From Candidatus Gastranaerophilales bacterium (GTDB lineage Bacteria > Cyanobacteriota > Vampirovibrionia > Gastranaerophilales > Gastranaerophilaceae), in contig CALVHD010000008.1 of the NCBI GenBank assembly GCA_944327245.1, forward strand, positions 8,718-72,717: a stretch of 64,000 nt of DNA, given 5' to 3'. The first letter of the stretch is position 1; every line of letters starts with the position of its first letter. A program made the translations under genes and the position numbers. The notes beneath the pieces are model-generated. The model did not search any database and was not told the DNA's origin. It worked only from the letters and a program-made list of their open reading frames with translations. Shown here piece after piece: positions 9,723 to 20,110 of the stretch.

Positions 9723-10698
9723 TTTTTTGATTTTCAACCTTTTTATCTTGCTCCATAAGCCTTACAATATCCTTGCTTTTGTATTTAACTTCCTTTTGGA
9801 CTAACTGAAATTTATTTAAAAGATAATCTATTCTATCAAAATAATCCCTATCTATTATTCCAAGATTAAAAGATAATTTTGATGCACATTTTATCCCATA
9901 TGCAACAACTTCTCCGTGTGAAAAATATTTATAATTTGAAAGAGTTTCAATTGCATGTGCGTATGTATGTCCAAAATTTAAAATTTTTCTCAATCCGCCT
10001 TCTAATCTGTCTAATTCAACAACCCTTGCTTTTAAGTGGGCGCAAGCCTTAATAATATATCCAATTTCATTTTTTACATCTTGAGTTTGATATTTTGACA
10101 AAATTTCCAACAGGTTATATTTAACATCATTTTTACAAGACTTTTCTATCAATGCGTATTTAACAATCTCACCCAATCCGCATTTATATTCATGTTCATT
10201 TAAAGTATTCAAAAAATCAGGGTCAATTAACACCTTTGAAGCAAGATAAAATGAACCGATTAAATTCTTTCCATACTTTGAATTAAAACCGGTCTTACCG
10301 CCAATCGAAGAATCGCACATTGCAAGAAGAGTTGTAGGCATTTGTATTAATTTAACACCCCTTAAAGCACTATTTGCGCAAAAACCTGCCAAATCTCCGA
10401 CAACTCCACCGCCAAATGCTATAATGCAATCTTTTCTTTCTATTTTTTCTTTCAATAATTTATTTAGTATTTCAGAATAGGTTTTAATATTCTTATATCT
10501 TTCACCATCTTTTATTACAATAATTCTTTTTTTATTAAATTTTTTTATGAATTTAGAATATAATTTTTCAATAGTGGTATTTGTAATAAGAAAACAATTG
10601 TCCACATCTATAAAATCTTCAATTGAGTTTACCAGACCATTTTTAATAAATATTTCACTTTTTAAATCTTCATTTGCTGAAATTAATATTTTTTCCAT
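9637..10698 (-). CDS. aroB: 3-dehydroquinate synthase
   Basis: GGGVVGDLAGF nucleotide-binding motif, GLGEIVKYA, NFGHTYAHAIE metal-site motif. C-terminal DKKVENQKINLLVP matches AroB ends. Confidence 0.93.
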   Translation of the reverse strand: MEKILISANEDLKSEIFIKNGLVNSIEDFIDVDNCFLITNTTIEKLYSKFIKKFNKKRIIVIKDGERYKNIKTYSEILNKLLKEKIERKDCIIAFGGGVVGDLAGFCANSALRGVKLIQMPTTLLAMCDSSIGGKTGFNSKYGKNLIGSFYLASKVLIDPDFLNTLNEHEYKCGLGEIVKYALIEKSCKNDVKYNLLEILSKYQTQDVKNEIGYIIKACAHLKARVVELDRLEGGLRKILNFGHTYAHAIETLSNYKYFSHGEVVAYGIKCASKLSFNLGIIDRDYFDRIDYLLNKFQLVQKEVKYKSKDIVRLMEQDKKVENQKINLLVPTAPAVVELFDNIDLPSIEASLL

Positions 10699-11200
10699 AA
10701 TTTTCTAAAATTTCACTAACTATTTCTTCCACAGATTTATTATCTGTTTTAATTTTAATATTTGCAAGATTGTAATATTTTTCTCTTTGTTTAATAATTT
10801 TTTCAATTTCATCTTTAGGATTTTGAACTAAAAGTAAAGGTCTATCGGAATTATTTTTAATTCTTTCAAAAATAGTATCAGAACTTGCACAAAGATAAAT
10901 TGTAAAAATATCTTTCTCAAATAAAATTTTTCTATTTTCTTCTTTTAAAATTACACCGCCGCCGCAAGACAAAATAAAATTAACATTTTTGGATATTTTT
11001 CTTAAAATCTCGGTTTCCAATTCTCTAAATTTTTCTTCTCCGAACCGCTCAAAAAAATCTCTTATTTTTATTGAGTTTTCTTTTTCGAATATTTCATCCA
11101 TTTCAAAAAGACTATAGGAAATTTTTTTAGCCAAGCACTTTGCCACTGTTGTTTTTCCACAACCCATCATTCCAATTAGTGCAATCTTATTATAGTTCAT
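10670..11200 (-). CDS. aroK: shikimate kinase
   Basis: Walker A GMMGCGKTT and SCGGGV. ATG at 11200 follows GAGGA; the track start at 11224 is TTG. Confidence 0.9.
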   Translation of the reverse strand: MNYNKIALIGMMGCGKTTVAKCLAKKISYSLFEMDEIFEKENSIKIRDFFERFGEEKFRELETEILRKISKNVNFILSCGGGVILKEENRKILFEKDIFTIYLCASSDTIFERIKNNSDRPLLLVQNPKDEIEKIIKQREKYYNLANIKIKTDNKSVEEIVSEILENYGKNINFSK

Positions 11201-12311
11201 TAATCCTCTTTTTATAGTTTTCAAATGAATTATCTATATCAACTTTGCAATCAGAACCAAATTTATCTAAAAAAACATCTAAAAGAACAATAGCACACAT
11301 GTTCTTTGCAACCACTCCACAGGCATAAACTGCGCAATTATCCGCTCTTTCAAAATGAGCCAAAGAAGATTTATGAGATTTAATTTCAATACTGTTAAGT
11401 GCTTTTTTCATAGTAGGAATAGGCTTCATAGCAACAGTTAATATAATATCTTCACCATTTGACATACCGCCTTCAATTCCGCCTGAATTATTTGTTTTAT
11501 GATAATATTTCTCATTATAATAAATTTCATCATGAGAATTGTAACCGGAAATTTGCGCGTATTTCTTTCCCAGTCCAACTTCAACGGATTTTATTGCAGG
11601 AATGGACATCAAAGCCTGTGCCAATTTGCCATCAAGCCTTTTATCCCAATGAATAAAACTACCCAAGCCCACCGGAACATTTTTAATTACAATTTTTATA
11701 ACACCGCCAAGGCTATCACCTTCTTTTTGGTATTCTTTGATATAATCATCAAATTTTTCTTTATCAACGCACTCGCCTATAGATAAAATTTCAAAAGAAA
11801 AATCAATATTATAATATTTTAAAATATTTTGACATATTGCGCCCAAAGCAACTCTTGTTGCAGTTTCTCTAGCACTTGAGCGCTCTAATACATATCGCAA
11901 ATCATCAAAACCGTACTTCAGCGCACCAGCTAAATCAGCATGTGCAGGACGAAAGCGTGTTATTTTCTTTTGGGCAATTTTTTCATTAATTTCATCAACT
12001 AAATTTTTATCCAAAGAAGAAAAATCAATTTTTTGAACACTCATCGGATAAATCCAATTTTCCCAATCTTTGTTTTCAATTTCAATAGAAATTGGACTTG
12101 CAGTTGTAATTGAATGACGCACCCCTGATTTAATTTTAATTTTATCTTTTTCAATCTGCATTCTTCCCCCGCGTCCAACACCCTCTTGACGCGAAGCAAG
12201 TTCAGAATTTATAAAATCAAAATCAAGTTCATATCCATAGGGAATTCCCTCAATAATTGCATTAAGCGCTTGGCCGTGTGATTCGCCCGAAGTTAAAAAC
12301 CTTATACTCAT
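11190..12311 (-). CDS. aroC: chorismate synthase
   Basis: FLTSGESHG, GRGGRMQIE, RSSARETA, GGIEGGMSNG. ATG at 12311 shares one nt with the upstream stop (TAATG). Confidence 0.95.
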   Translation of the reverse strand: MSIRFLTSGESHGQALNAIIEGIPYGYELDFDFINSELASRQEGVGRGGRMQIEKDKIKIKSGVRHSITTASPISIEIENKDWENWIYPMSVQKIDFSSLDKNLVDEINEKIAQKKITRFRPAHADLAGALKYGFDDLRYVLERSSARETATRVALGAICQNILKYYNIDFSFEILSIGECVDKEKFDDYIKEYQKEGDSLGGVIKIVIKNVPVGLGSFIHWDKRLDGKLAQALMSIPAIKSVEVGLGKKYAQISGYNSHDEIYYNEKYYHKTNNSGGIEGGMSNGEDIILTVAMKPIPTMKKALNSIEIKSHKSSLAHFERADNCAVYACGVVAKNMCAIVLLDVFLDKFGSDCKVDIDNSFENYKKRINEL

Positions 12312-13048
12312 TAAACCATCACCCATGGTTTTTCTTCTTTGGCTATTATGACTTCAACTTTTGTTTTTGCAATTAAACCCTGAATTAAAGGTAAAACAGG
12401 CAATTCCGACTCAAAATGTCCGACATCAATAACTGCAAAACCATCAACCTCAAGAGCCTTATGAAATTTTATATCTCCTGTAATATAAACATCAACATCA
12501 TAATCTTTTATCTTATCAACAAAGCTTCCGCCGCCGCCGGCACAAATTGCAACATTTTTTACAATAGTAATATTGTTAGGATTAATCAACTTAACGCTTT
12601 CAAGATTTAATGCCTGTTTAGTATTTTCGATTAATTGTTCAAGCGCTAGTTCATCTTTTAGGTGTGCAATTTTAATATAATCCTCAACTGTAACAAGATT
12701 TTGTAAACCCAAAACACCACACAAGGCGTCCGTTGTAGAACCATAAGTTTTATCCAAATTTGTATGAGCACTATATACGCAGATATTATTCCTTATGGCT
12801 TCAGCAATAAGAGCATTATCAATTTTTTTAATTGAGTTAAATATCAAAGGGTGATGTGTAATAATCAAATCACAATCATTAGTAATAGCTTGTTCTAAAA
12901 CATCTTTTGTTAAAGACAAAGCAACTAAAACTTTATTTGTATAATCATGTCCCAAATTTATTTGCCATCCGGAATTATCCCAAGGCTCAGCCAGTTCCAG
13001 TGATGCATATTTTTCAATTTTTGAAATAATATAGTCGGTTTTAATCAC
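12311..13048 (-). CDS. Nif3-family dinuclear metal centre protein (YqfO/YbgI-like)
   Basis: DNSGWQ, LIITHHPLIF, SAHTNLD, GHFESE motifs. GTG at 13048 preceded by GGAGG with a 6-nt spacer; the track start at 13075 is TTG. Confidence 0.88.
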   Translation of the reverse strand: MIKTDYIISKIEKYASLELAEPWDNSGWQINLGHDYTNKVLVALSLTKDVLEQAITNDCDLIITHHPLIFNSIKKIDNALIAEAIRNNICVYSAHTNLDKTYGSTTDALCGVLGLQNLVTVEDYIKIAHLKDELALEQLIENTKQALNLESVKLINPNNITIVKNVAICAGGGGSFVDKIKDYDVDVYITGDIKFHKALEVDGFAVIDVGHFESELPVLPLIQGLIAKTKVEVIIAKEEKPWVMV

Positions 13049-14207
13049 AGACAACCTCCAGAATTTTTTTTGCAATGTTATCTTTGAAATCTAAATCTAT
13101 ATTTATAATTCTACCACTTTTTTCAATTATTGTAACCTTATTTGAGTCTGTATTAAGAGCGGTTTTTACATCATTTGCGACAATGTAGTCTAAACATTTA
13201 TTTTTGAGCTTATTTTTTGCACATGTCACAATGTCCCCATCAGAAAGGCAAAAACCTATTATTTTTTGATCTTTTCTTTTATTTTGAGCAATTGTTTTTA
13301 CAACATCAGGATTTTTAATTAATTTTAATTCAAAAATATCATCTACATTTTCCTTTGAAATCTTATGGTCAGATTCTTTTTCAACCCTAAAATCGCCAAC
13401 TGCAGCTGCCATTATCAAATAATCAAAATCTTGTTTTTCTAATTCATCAAGCATTTCAATAGCAGAATTAACATTAACAACAGGATAATTACGCTTAAAG
13501 TTAATTGTAGAAACAGCCCTTACATCATAACCAAAATTATATGCCCAATCGGCAATGGAAATTCCCATTTTGCCCGATGAAAAATTCGAAATATATCTGA
13601 CTGAATCAATCTTTTCTTTTGTACCTCCAAGAGTTACAAGAATTTTTTTTGAATTATTTGTTTTATCTTGATAAATCAATCTTTTTGTTTTTTGATAAAT
13701 CAATTCAATATCAGCTAATCTGCCAACACCTTCAGTGCCACATGCAAGAAATCCTGTTTCACAATCAACAAAATCACAACCGGATTGCTTTAATTTTTCT
13801 ATATTATTTTGAATTATCGGATTATTATACATGTTTTTATTCATAGCCGGAGCTAAAAGAATCGGCTTTTTAGAACCCAAAAAAGCACAAAAAATACTTG
13901 TCAATAAATTATCAGCAATGCCTTGTGAACATTTTGAAATTGTATTTGCACTAATTGGCGCAACGACAAAAACATCAGCCCAATCAGCAAGGCTTATATG
14001 TTCAACATCTACCCTTGGTTCATATTGATTGTAATAAACTTTTTCGTTTGTTAAAGTTTCTAAAACCAAAGGTGAAACAAAATTAGAAGCATTATCGCTC
14101 AACACAACTTTTACACTAAAATTATTCTTTTTATATAATCTAATTAATTCACAAGCCTTATATGCCGCAATAGACGAAGTTATTCCAAGCAAAATATTTT
14201 TATTCAT
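13041..14207 (-). CDS. coaBC: bifunctional phosphopantothenoylcysteine decarboxylase / phosphopantothenate-cysteine ligase
   Basis: N-terminal flavoprotein domain (ILLGITSSIAAYKA, APAMNKNM) plus CoaB domain (ISNFSSGKMG, AAAVGDF). ATG at 14207 with AAGGAA upstream. Confidence 0.93.
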   Translation of the reverse strand: MNKNILLGITSSIAAYKACELIRLYKKNNFSVKVVLSDNASNFVSPLVLETLTNEKVYYNQYEPRVDVEHISLADWADVFVVAPISANTISKCSQGIADNLLTSIFCAFLGSKKPILLAPAMNKNMYNNPIIQNNIEKLKQSGCDFVDCETGFLACGTEGVGRLADIELIYQKTKRLIYQDKTNNSKKILVTLGGTKEKIDSVRYISNFSSGKMGISIADWAYNFGYDVRAVSTINFKRNYPVVNVNSAIEMLDELEKQDFDYLIMAAAVGDFRVEKESDHKISKENVDDIFELKLIKNPDVVKTIAQNKRKDQKIIGFCLSDGDIVTCAKNKLKNKCLDYIVANDVKTALNTDSNKVTIIEKSGRIINIDLDFKDNIAKKILEVVCD

Positions 14208-14775
14208 TGCGAGTTTCCTTGTTGTAAATTGCAATTAATTCATCAACTGCCTTATCTACAATATCATTTTCAATAACATAGTGAAATTTATCAGCGTTAT
14301 TTAATTCTTCTTTAGCACTTTCAAGGCGTTTCAAAATACTTTCTTCACTTTCGCTGTGTCTGCCTCTCAAGCGCTTTTCAAGTTCTTCAAAAGTCGGCGG
14401 TTTAATAAAAATCGTAACTGCATCGGGACATTTTTTCATAACCTGAAGCGCTCCTTTTAATTCAATTTCAAGAAGCACACTTTTACCTTCTTTAATTTTT
14501 TGCATAACAAAATTTTTATTTGTACCGTAATAATTTCCACTATAACAAGCATATTCTAAAAAAGCATCTTCATTAATCATTTTTTCAAACTCATCCTTTG
14601 AAATGAAAAAATAATGCATTCCGTTAATCTCGCCATCTCTTGGCAATCTTGTAGTATTAGAGATTGAATAAACAATATTGTTATCTACTTTTTTGAAAAA
14701 ATCAGACAGTATAGTTCCCTTGCCAACACCTGAAGGGCCTGTAAATATGATTAATTTTGCTTTACTTTTATTCAT
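14200..14775 (-). CDS. gmk: guanylate kinase
   Basis: P-loop GPSGVGKGT, TTRLPRDGE, YYGT. Confidence 0.95.
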   Translation of the reverse strand: MNKSKAKLIIFTGPSGVGKGTILSDFFKKVDNNIVYSISNTTRLPRDGEINGMHYFFISKDEFEKMINEDAFLEYACYSGNYYGTNKNFVMQKIKEGKSVLLEIELKGALQVMKKCPDAVTIFIKPPTFEELEKRLRGRHSESEESILKRLESAKEELNNADKFHYVIENDIVDKAVDELIAIYNKETRNE

Positions 14776-14833
14776 TTGAAACCCAAAAATATATAGTTAT
14801 TTAATTATATAATAAATTTTATAATTGTCTATT

Positions 14834-14863
14834 AAAAAACCCTCAAGAAATCTTGAGGGTTTT
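14834..14863 (-). terminator. rho-independent terminator downstream of rpoD (bidirectional shape)
   Basis: CCCTCAAG / CTTGAGGG 8-bp stem with a 4-nt loop, flanked by an A-run and a T-run. Gives a TTTTTT tail on the minus strand. Confidence 0.7.
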
Positions 14864-14867
14864 AAAA

Positions 14868-15941
14868 TTAAACTTCAACATATTCTTTTAATCTTTTTGA
14901 ACGATTTGGATGGCGCAATTTTCTTAAAGCTTTTGCTTCAATTTGACGAATGCGCTCACGAGTAACACCAAATAATTGTCCAACTTCTTCAAGTGTTCTT
15001 TGTCTGCCGTCATCCATGCCAAAACGCAATCTTAAAACATCACGTTCGCGAGCGGATAAAGACCCTAAAACCTCGGCTAAATCTTCTCTTAAAAGCTCAT
15101 GAGCAACTGTTTTAACAGGAGCATCAGCGTCTTTATCTTCAATAAAATCACCCAAACGAGAATCTTCTTCTTTGCCTATAGGAGTTTCAAGAGATAAAGG
15201 TTCTTGTGCAACCTTTATGATTTCTCTCAATTTGTTAATTGAAATTCCCATTTCGGCTGATAGTTCTTCTTCAGATGGTTTTCTTGCAAGCTCTTGGGCT
15301 AATTTTCTTGTAACCTTTTTAAGTTTATTAATTGTTTCAACCATATGAACAGGGATTCTAATTGTTCTTGCTTGATCAGCAATTGCTCTTGTAATTGCTT
15401 GTCTAATCCACCAAGTTGCATATGTAGAAAATTTATATCCTCTTTCATGGTCAAACTTTTCTGCAGCTCTGATTAAACCAAGATTTCCTTCTTGAATTAA
15501 ATCTAAAAACAACATGCCTCTTCCGACATATTTTTTAGCAATTGAAACAACAAGACGCAAATTAGCCTGAACCAGCTTTCTTTTTGCAACAGCACCGGAA
15601 TTTCCACCGGCAACAATTTTTCTTGCTAAATCTATTTCTTCATCAGCAGTTAAAAGTTTTATTCTTCCAATTTCTCTTAAATACATTCTAACGGGGTCAT
15701 CAACTGAAATTCCGCGAGGAATTGAAATATCATTTTCGCCTTGTTCGTCTTCGTCATCATGTTGATCGAAAAAGTGTGATACAGATGATGTTTCAACAGT
15801 TGTAACACCCTGAGTTCTCATGATATTGGATATATTATCCGTTTCAAGGTCACTGCCTTCAAAATATTCATCATCTTCAAGAACTTCTGATTTATCGATA
15901 ACGCTTATTACAGAACTGTCGGGATTTCTTTTTCTGCTCAT
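14868..15941 (-). CDS. rpoD: RNA polymerase primary (group 1) sigma factor
   Basis: [11 protein letters not shown] (region 1.2), [34 protein letters not shown] (2.4), [28 protein letters not shown] (4.2). Short acidic N-terminus. Downstream of dnaG as in the MMS operon. Confidence 0.95.
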   Translation of the reverse strand: MSRKRNPDSSVISVIDKSEVLEDDEYFEGSDLETDNISNIMRTQGVTTVETSSVSHFFDQHDDEDEQGENDISIPRGISVDDPVRMYLREIGRIKLLTADEEIDLARKIVAGGNSGAVAKRKLVQANLRLVVSIAKKYVGRGMLFLDLIQEGNLGLIRAAEKFDHERGYKFSTYATWWIRQAITRAIADQARTIRIPVHMVETINKLKKVTRKLAQELARKPSEEELSAEMGISINKLREIIKVAQEPLSLETPIGKEEDSRLGDFIEDKDADAPVKTVAHELLREDLAEVLGSLSARERDVLRLRFGMDDGRQRTLEEVGQLFGVTRERIRQIEAKALRKLRHPNRSKRLKEYVEV

Positions 15942-15962
15942 TTAGTTTATTCTCCAATCTGT

Positions 15963-17837
15963 TTATTGTTGTTGTAATTCTTGAAAGAATTTTTGCGAAA
16001 GCTTAAGTTTTTCATCTTGAGATAGTGTTTCATCTTTCAATAATTTCCTTAAATTTTCTTTTTTGTTTTGCTCTTTCAATTTTTCTAATCGGATAAAAAT
16101 TTCATCTACCGCCTTTTTATAATCTTCAAGAGATAAGTTGTTAAATTCGTGCGAGGAGAAAATATTATCTGAAATTTTCTTTTGAATATGCTGTTCATTA
16201 TAAAACTCAAGAAAAAGTTTTTTTGCTAGTTCATCAACATTATTTACCTGCGCAAGATTTTTGTCAATTGCGCTGAGTATTTTTGCGTTGTCTTCATTTT
16301 CGCAGGTATATGAACTTGTTTTCTCGCTGAAATATGCTTGTTCTTCAGGTTTTAGAGCAGCAAATGCAAGTTTTATTAAATTTTCTTCCATCAATTCATA
16401 TTGACTTTTTGAATCATTTTTCAATATCTTCTTTGAATTAACAGTTTGTTCATTTTCAATTTTTAAAATACCAAATTCATCCGTTTGTTTATTAAGAATT
16501 TGTGTTTTTAAAATTACCTGTGACACATCTAACTTAAAAGATGCTACTTTTATATAATCGTCCAAAATGACCGGATTTTTAATTTGAGATAAAATATCAG
16601 CAATTTGTATGACATATGAGCTTTTTTCTTGAGGAGATAATTTGCCCTTTATGGCTTCATAAATTTGGTTTAACTGATAATCTAATAATAATGGCGCCTG
16701 TTCAACTTTTTTTAAATATTCTTCGCCGCCAAATTCCCTAATAAATTCATCAGGGTCTTTTCCTTGAATTTCTTGTACAACTCTGATTTCACAAACATTG
16801 TCGGTTGTATTTTGAAAATTAGAATCATACTGTTTAATATCGCCCAATGAGCTAAATATGTTTTTTATAACTTCAGCACCATGCTCAATTGCTTTTTTTC
16901 CGGCTGAATCAGTATCAAAAGCAAGAAATATTCTTCTTGAAGGACTGAAACGACTTATCAATTTAATATGCTGAGGAGTCAGCGCTGTTCCACATGTTGC
17001 AACAGCATTTTCAACCCCGCCAAGATGAGCCGAAATAACATCAAAATATCCTTCCATGAATATTACGCTGTCAGTTTTTGAAATTGCATCTTTAGCACGA
17101 TTTAGCCCAAACAGCACAGCGCTCTTATTATAAATTATACTTTCAGGCGAATTAATATACTTGGGCATTTGTCCATCAATAATTGCACGAGCACCAAACG
17201 CAATTGTATTAGAATTGACATCTTTTATTGGTATTATAATCCTGTTTTTAAATCTGTCGTAAAAAACACCGTCTTTTTCATATACAAGACCTGCTTTATT
17301 TAACTCATCAATTGTAAAACCAAGGTTTGTAAGATGATTTTTTAATTCAAAATGTCCCTTAGGGGCTAAACCCAAAGAAAACTTGGAAATTGCAATTTCA
17401 TTAATACCTCTTTTTTCAAGATATTCAAGAGCTTTTTGATTAGATGAAAGATTTTTTTGAAAATACTTTTGTGCTTGCTCCATTGCATCATAGAGTCTAT
17501 CTTTTTCAGCTTTATATAAGGTATTGTTTTTATTTGAAAATTTAGGCAGTTCAATTCCCAAAATTGCTGCTTGCTCTTCAATTACTTCAGAAAAAGTTTG
17601 ATTATTTATTTTCATCAAAAAACTAAGAACATCGCCGCCTTCACCGCAACCAAAACATTTAAAGATTTGTTTATCCGGAGTTACAACAAAAGAAGGTGTT
17701 TTCTCATTATGAAAAGGACACAGTCCTTGAAAATTTCTACCCGTTTTTTTCAGCACAACATAGCGAGATATAACATCCACTATATCCAGTTGATTTTTAA
17801 TCTGCTCGACTGCTTGCTGAAAAGTAACTTCCGACAT
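15963..17837 (-). CDS. dnaG: DNA primase
   Basis: Zinc finger CPFHNEKTPSF...CFGCGEGGD, TOPRIM EGYFDV and DTDSAGKKA. Confidence 0.95.
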   Translation of the reverse strand: MSEVTFQQAVEQIKNQLDIVDVISRYVVLKKTGRNFQGLCPFHNEKTPSFVVTPDKQIFKCFGCGEGGDVLSFLMKINNQTFSEVIEEQAAILGIELPKFSNKNNTLYKAEKDRLYDAMEQAQKYFQKNLSSNQKALEYLEKRGINEIAISKFSLGLAPKGHFELKNHLTNLGFTIDELNKAGLVYEKDGVFYDRFKNRIIIPIKDVNSNTIAFGARAIIDGQMPKYINSPESIIYNKSAVLFGLNRAKDAISKTDSVIFMEGYFDVISAHLGGVENAVATCGTALTPQHIKLISRFSPSRRIFLAFDTDSAGKKAIEHGAEVIKNIFSSLGDIKQYDSNFQNTTDNVCEIRVVQEIQGKDPDEFIREFGGEEYLKKVEQAPLLLDYQLNQIYEAIKGKLSPQEKSSYVIQIADILSQIKNPVILDDYIKVASFKLDVSQVILKTQILNKQTDEFGILKIENEQTVNSKKILKNDSKSQYELMEENLIKLAFAALKPEEQAYFSEKTSSYTCENEDNAKILSAIDKNLAQVNNVDELAKKLFLEFYNEQHIQKKISDNIFSSHEFNNLSLEDYKKAVDEIFIRLEKLKEQNKKENLRKLLKDETLSQDEKLKLSQKFFQELQQQ

Positions 17838-17981
17838 CCTTAATCTTACAAACTCACTTTAGTTCTGTTTTGTTTTAACACCAAAACAAAAACTTTTAAA
17901 GGGTATTTTGAAAAATAGTTTAAAAAAGTTTACAAGCATGGCTCTTTATGGTTAAATTTACTTGTCAGCGTGGTTTTTAGT

Positions 17982-18902
17982 ATGGGCGAAAAAAATATCG
18001 AAAATATAATCTCATACCTTAACAACAAAATTGAACACACAAAGGATTATGCTGTGCTTTTTAGAGATCTAAAAAGCAAATGTAATTTCAAAGAACTTGA
18101 AATAATTTACAAATATATCTTGGAAAATTCCCCTGACGAAATGCTTTTAAATCACACAATAAGAGATATAAACGCAACAAAAAACAAAAATTGTCTGCCT
18201 TTTTTAATAGATTTTATTTTAAGACTAAATAACGAAAATAATTTTTTAAATTTAAAAGTTTTGGCAATAAAAACAATTTCCAATTTCAAAGATACAAGCT
18301 CGGTAACAGCTTTAATGTATTGTTTAAACGACAAAAACTCTAACTATAAAATTAGACTGGCTTGTGCGGAAGCACTGGGAAAAATCGGCGATAAAAATGC
18401 TTTTGATACATTAGGAAATATCGCTTGTGATGAAAAAGAAAAATCAACCTATGTTAAAGAATCCGCCGTTATCGCTCTTGGCATGCTCGGCGATAAAAGA
18501 GCTCTTAAAGTGTTTAACTCAATAATAAATACAAAACAAATGTTTCTTTCTAAGTTCTCATATTTAAAAGAACGAATAGTAGAGGCAATGTCTAAACTGG
18601 ATATTGAAAAAGATGCTATGGCACTTAATATATTAAAAAAATCACTTCTTGATCCATCTGAGCGTGTCAGAATCAGCACTATCGAAACACTTATGAATTC
18701 AAATATTGATGAAAGTTATGATTTAATATATGAAAGATTAAAATTCGATGATAGCATTGAAGTTAAAAAAAACGCCCTTGTTGCATTGTATAATATTTCA
18801 GACAGAAAAATTTTAGACGAAGTAATAAATAACGATTTTGAAAACGAATTAAAAAATTATGCAAAAGAAATTATAACCGAATACGAGGAAAATAATGAAT
18901 AA
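17982..18902 (+). CDS. HEAT (PBS-lyase-like) repeat protein
   Basis: Repeated units such as RLACAEALGKIGDKNAFDTL and KESAVIALGMLGDKRALKVF. Start is ambiguous (GTG 17970 or ATG 17982; no clear SD). 3' end overlaps queC by 8 nt. Confidence 0.72.
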   Translation: MGEKNIENIISYLNNKIEHTKDYAVLFRDLKSKCNFKELEIIYKYILENSPDEMLLNHTIRDINATKNKNCLPFLIDFILRLNNENNFLNLKVLAIKTISNFKDTSSVTALMYCLNDKNSNYKIRLACAEALGKIGDKNAFDTLGNIACDEKEKSTYVKESAVIALGMLGDKRALKVFNSIINTKQMFLSKFSYLKERIVEAMSKLDIEKDAMALNILKKSLLDPSERVRISTIETLMNSNIDESYDLIYERLKFDDSIEVKKNALVALYNISDRKILDEVINNDFENELKNYAKEIITEYEENNE

Positions 18903-19551
18903 AACAGGAATAATACTATTATCAGGCGGATTAGACAGTCTTGTATCATTAGACATTGCAAGAAAAAAATGCACAATAACAAGAGCCCTAACTTTTGACT
19001 ACGGTCAAAAAGCATTTCATGAAGAAAAACTTGCAGCAATAGAAATTTGCAAATACTATAAAGTACAAAACGAAATTATAGAACTTCCGTTTTTAAAAAA
19101 AATGCTAAACAATGCTTTAACAAATCCAAATAATGATGAATTAGACAATTTTAATTCAGTCTGGATACCTAACAGAAACGGATTATTTTTAAATATTGCA
19201 GCATCATACTGTGATAACTACAATATAGACTATATTATTTTTGGTGCAAATAAAGAAGAAGCAAGAGATTTTGATGATAACAGCAAAGATTTTGTTGAAA
19301 TTGCGGATAATTTTTTCAAATATGCTACCTTAAAAAATCCGCAAGTATACGCGCCTTGCATTGATATGGACAAAACGGCAATTGTAAATTATGCAATTGA
19401 AAATAACACGCCTTTGAAATTTCTAAAAAGCTGTTATAACTCCAAAGAAAATACAAACAAAAAGCATTGCGGAAAATGCATGTCATGTAAACTCTTATAT
19501 AATGCTATTTTGAACAGCAAAAACCCTGATTTAATTAAGGAGATATTTTAA
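18895..19551 (+). CDS. queC: 7-cyano-7-deazaguanine synthase
   Basis: PP-loop ILLSGGLDS, FDYGQK, C-terminal zinc site CYNS...HCGKCMSC. Confidence 0.93.
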   Translation: MNKTGIILLSGGLDSLVSLDIARKKCTITRALTFDYGQKAFHEEKLAAIEICKYYKVQNEIIELPFLKKMLNNALTNPNNDELDNFNSVWIPNRNGLFLNIAASYCDNYNIDYIIFGANKEEARDFDDNSKDFVEIADNFFKYATLKNPQVYAPCIDMDKTAIVNYAIENNTPLKFLKSCYNSKENTNKKHCGKCMSCKLLYNAILNSKNPDLIKEIF

Positions 19552-19552
19552 A

Positions 19553-20110
19553 ATGAACACACATTTTACAGATAAAAAAATAAAATATATAGGATCACAA
19601 CTTTCTCCTCATTGGATTTACAAAAATTTTCACCTTCAAGGCGATTCAATTATCGGTTTTATTGGCGAAGTTGATGTAAAAATTGATGAAATGGTAGATA
19701 TTGAAGATGTAATCAATAATGAACCAATTTATTCAAAAAAAATGTTAAATTTTATAATTGAACAATATGATATATCTCTTACTGCAATGGTCTATGCGCA
19801 AAGACTTTTTATATCAATTATTAAAGAAACTCTGGAAGAATATAACATTTTTGTTACAAGAAAAGGCGATGACTTGTTCTATAAAAACAGGAAATTATCA
19901 GTATCCATTGCAACAAAATCAATAACTTCTTGCCTTATCCACACTGCATTAAATATAATAAAAGAAGGTGCACCCATAGAAGCTTCAGACCTGAGCGAAA
20001 TGGGGATAAATGACATCAAAGAATTTGCACTTAAAATAATGGATAAATATTCAAAAGAAACCACCGACATTAAAATGGCAACGTACAAAGTAAGAGGCGT
20101 AGTTGAATAA
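19553..20110 (+). CDS. conserved hypothetical protein coupled to queC (possibly DUF366-like)
   Basis: 185-aa ORF starting 2 nt after the queC stop. Its own stop overlaps the next ATG (TAATG). The family assignment is from memory only. Confidence 0.65.
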   Translation: MNTHFTDKKIKYIGSQLSPHWIYKNFHLQGDSIIGFIGEVDVKIDEMVDIEDVINNEPIYSKKMLNFIIEQYDISLTAMVYAQRLFISIIKETLEEYNIFVTRKGDDLFYKNRKLSVSIATKSITSCLIHTALNIIKEGAPIEASDLSEMGINDIKEFALKIMDKYSKETTDIKMATYKVRGVVE

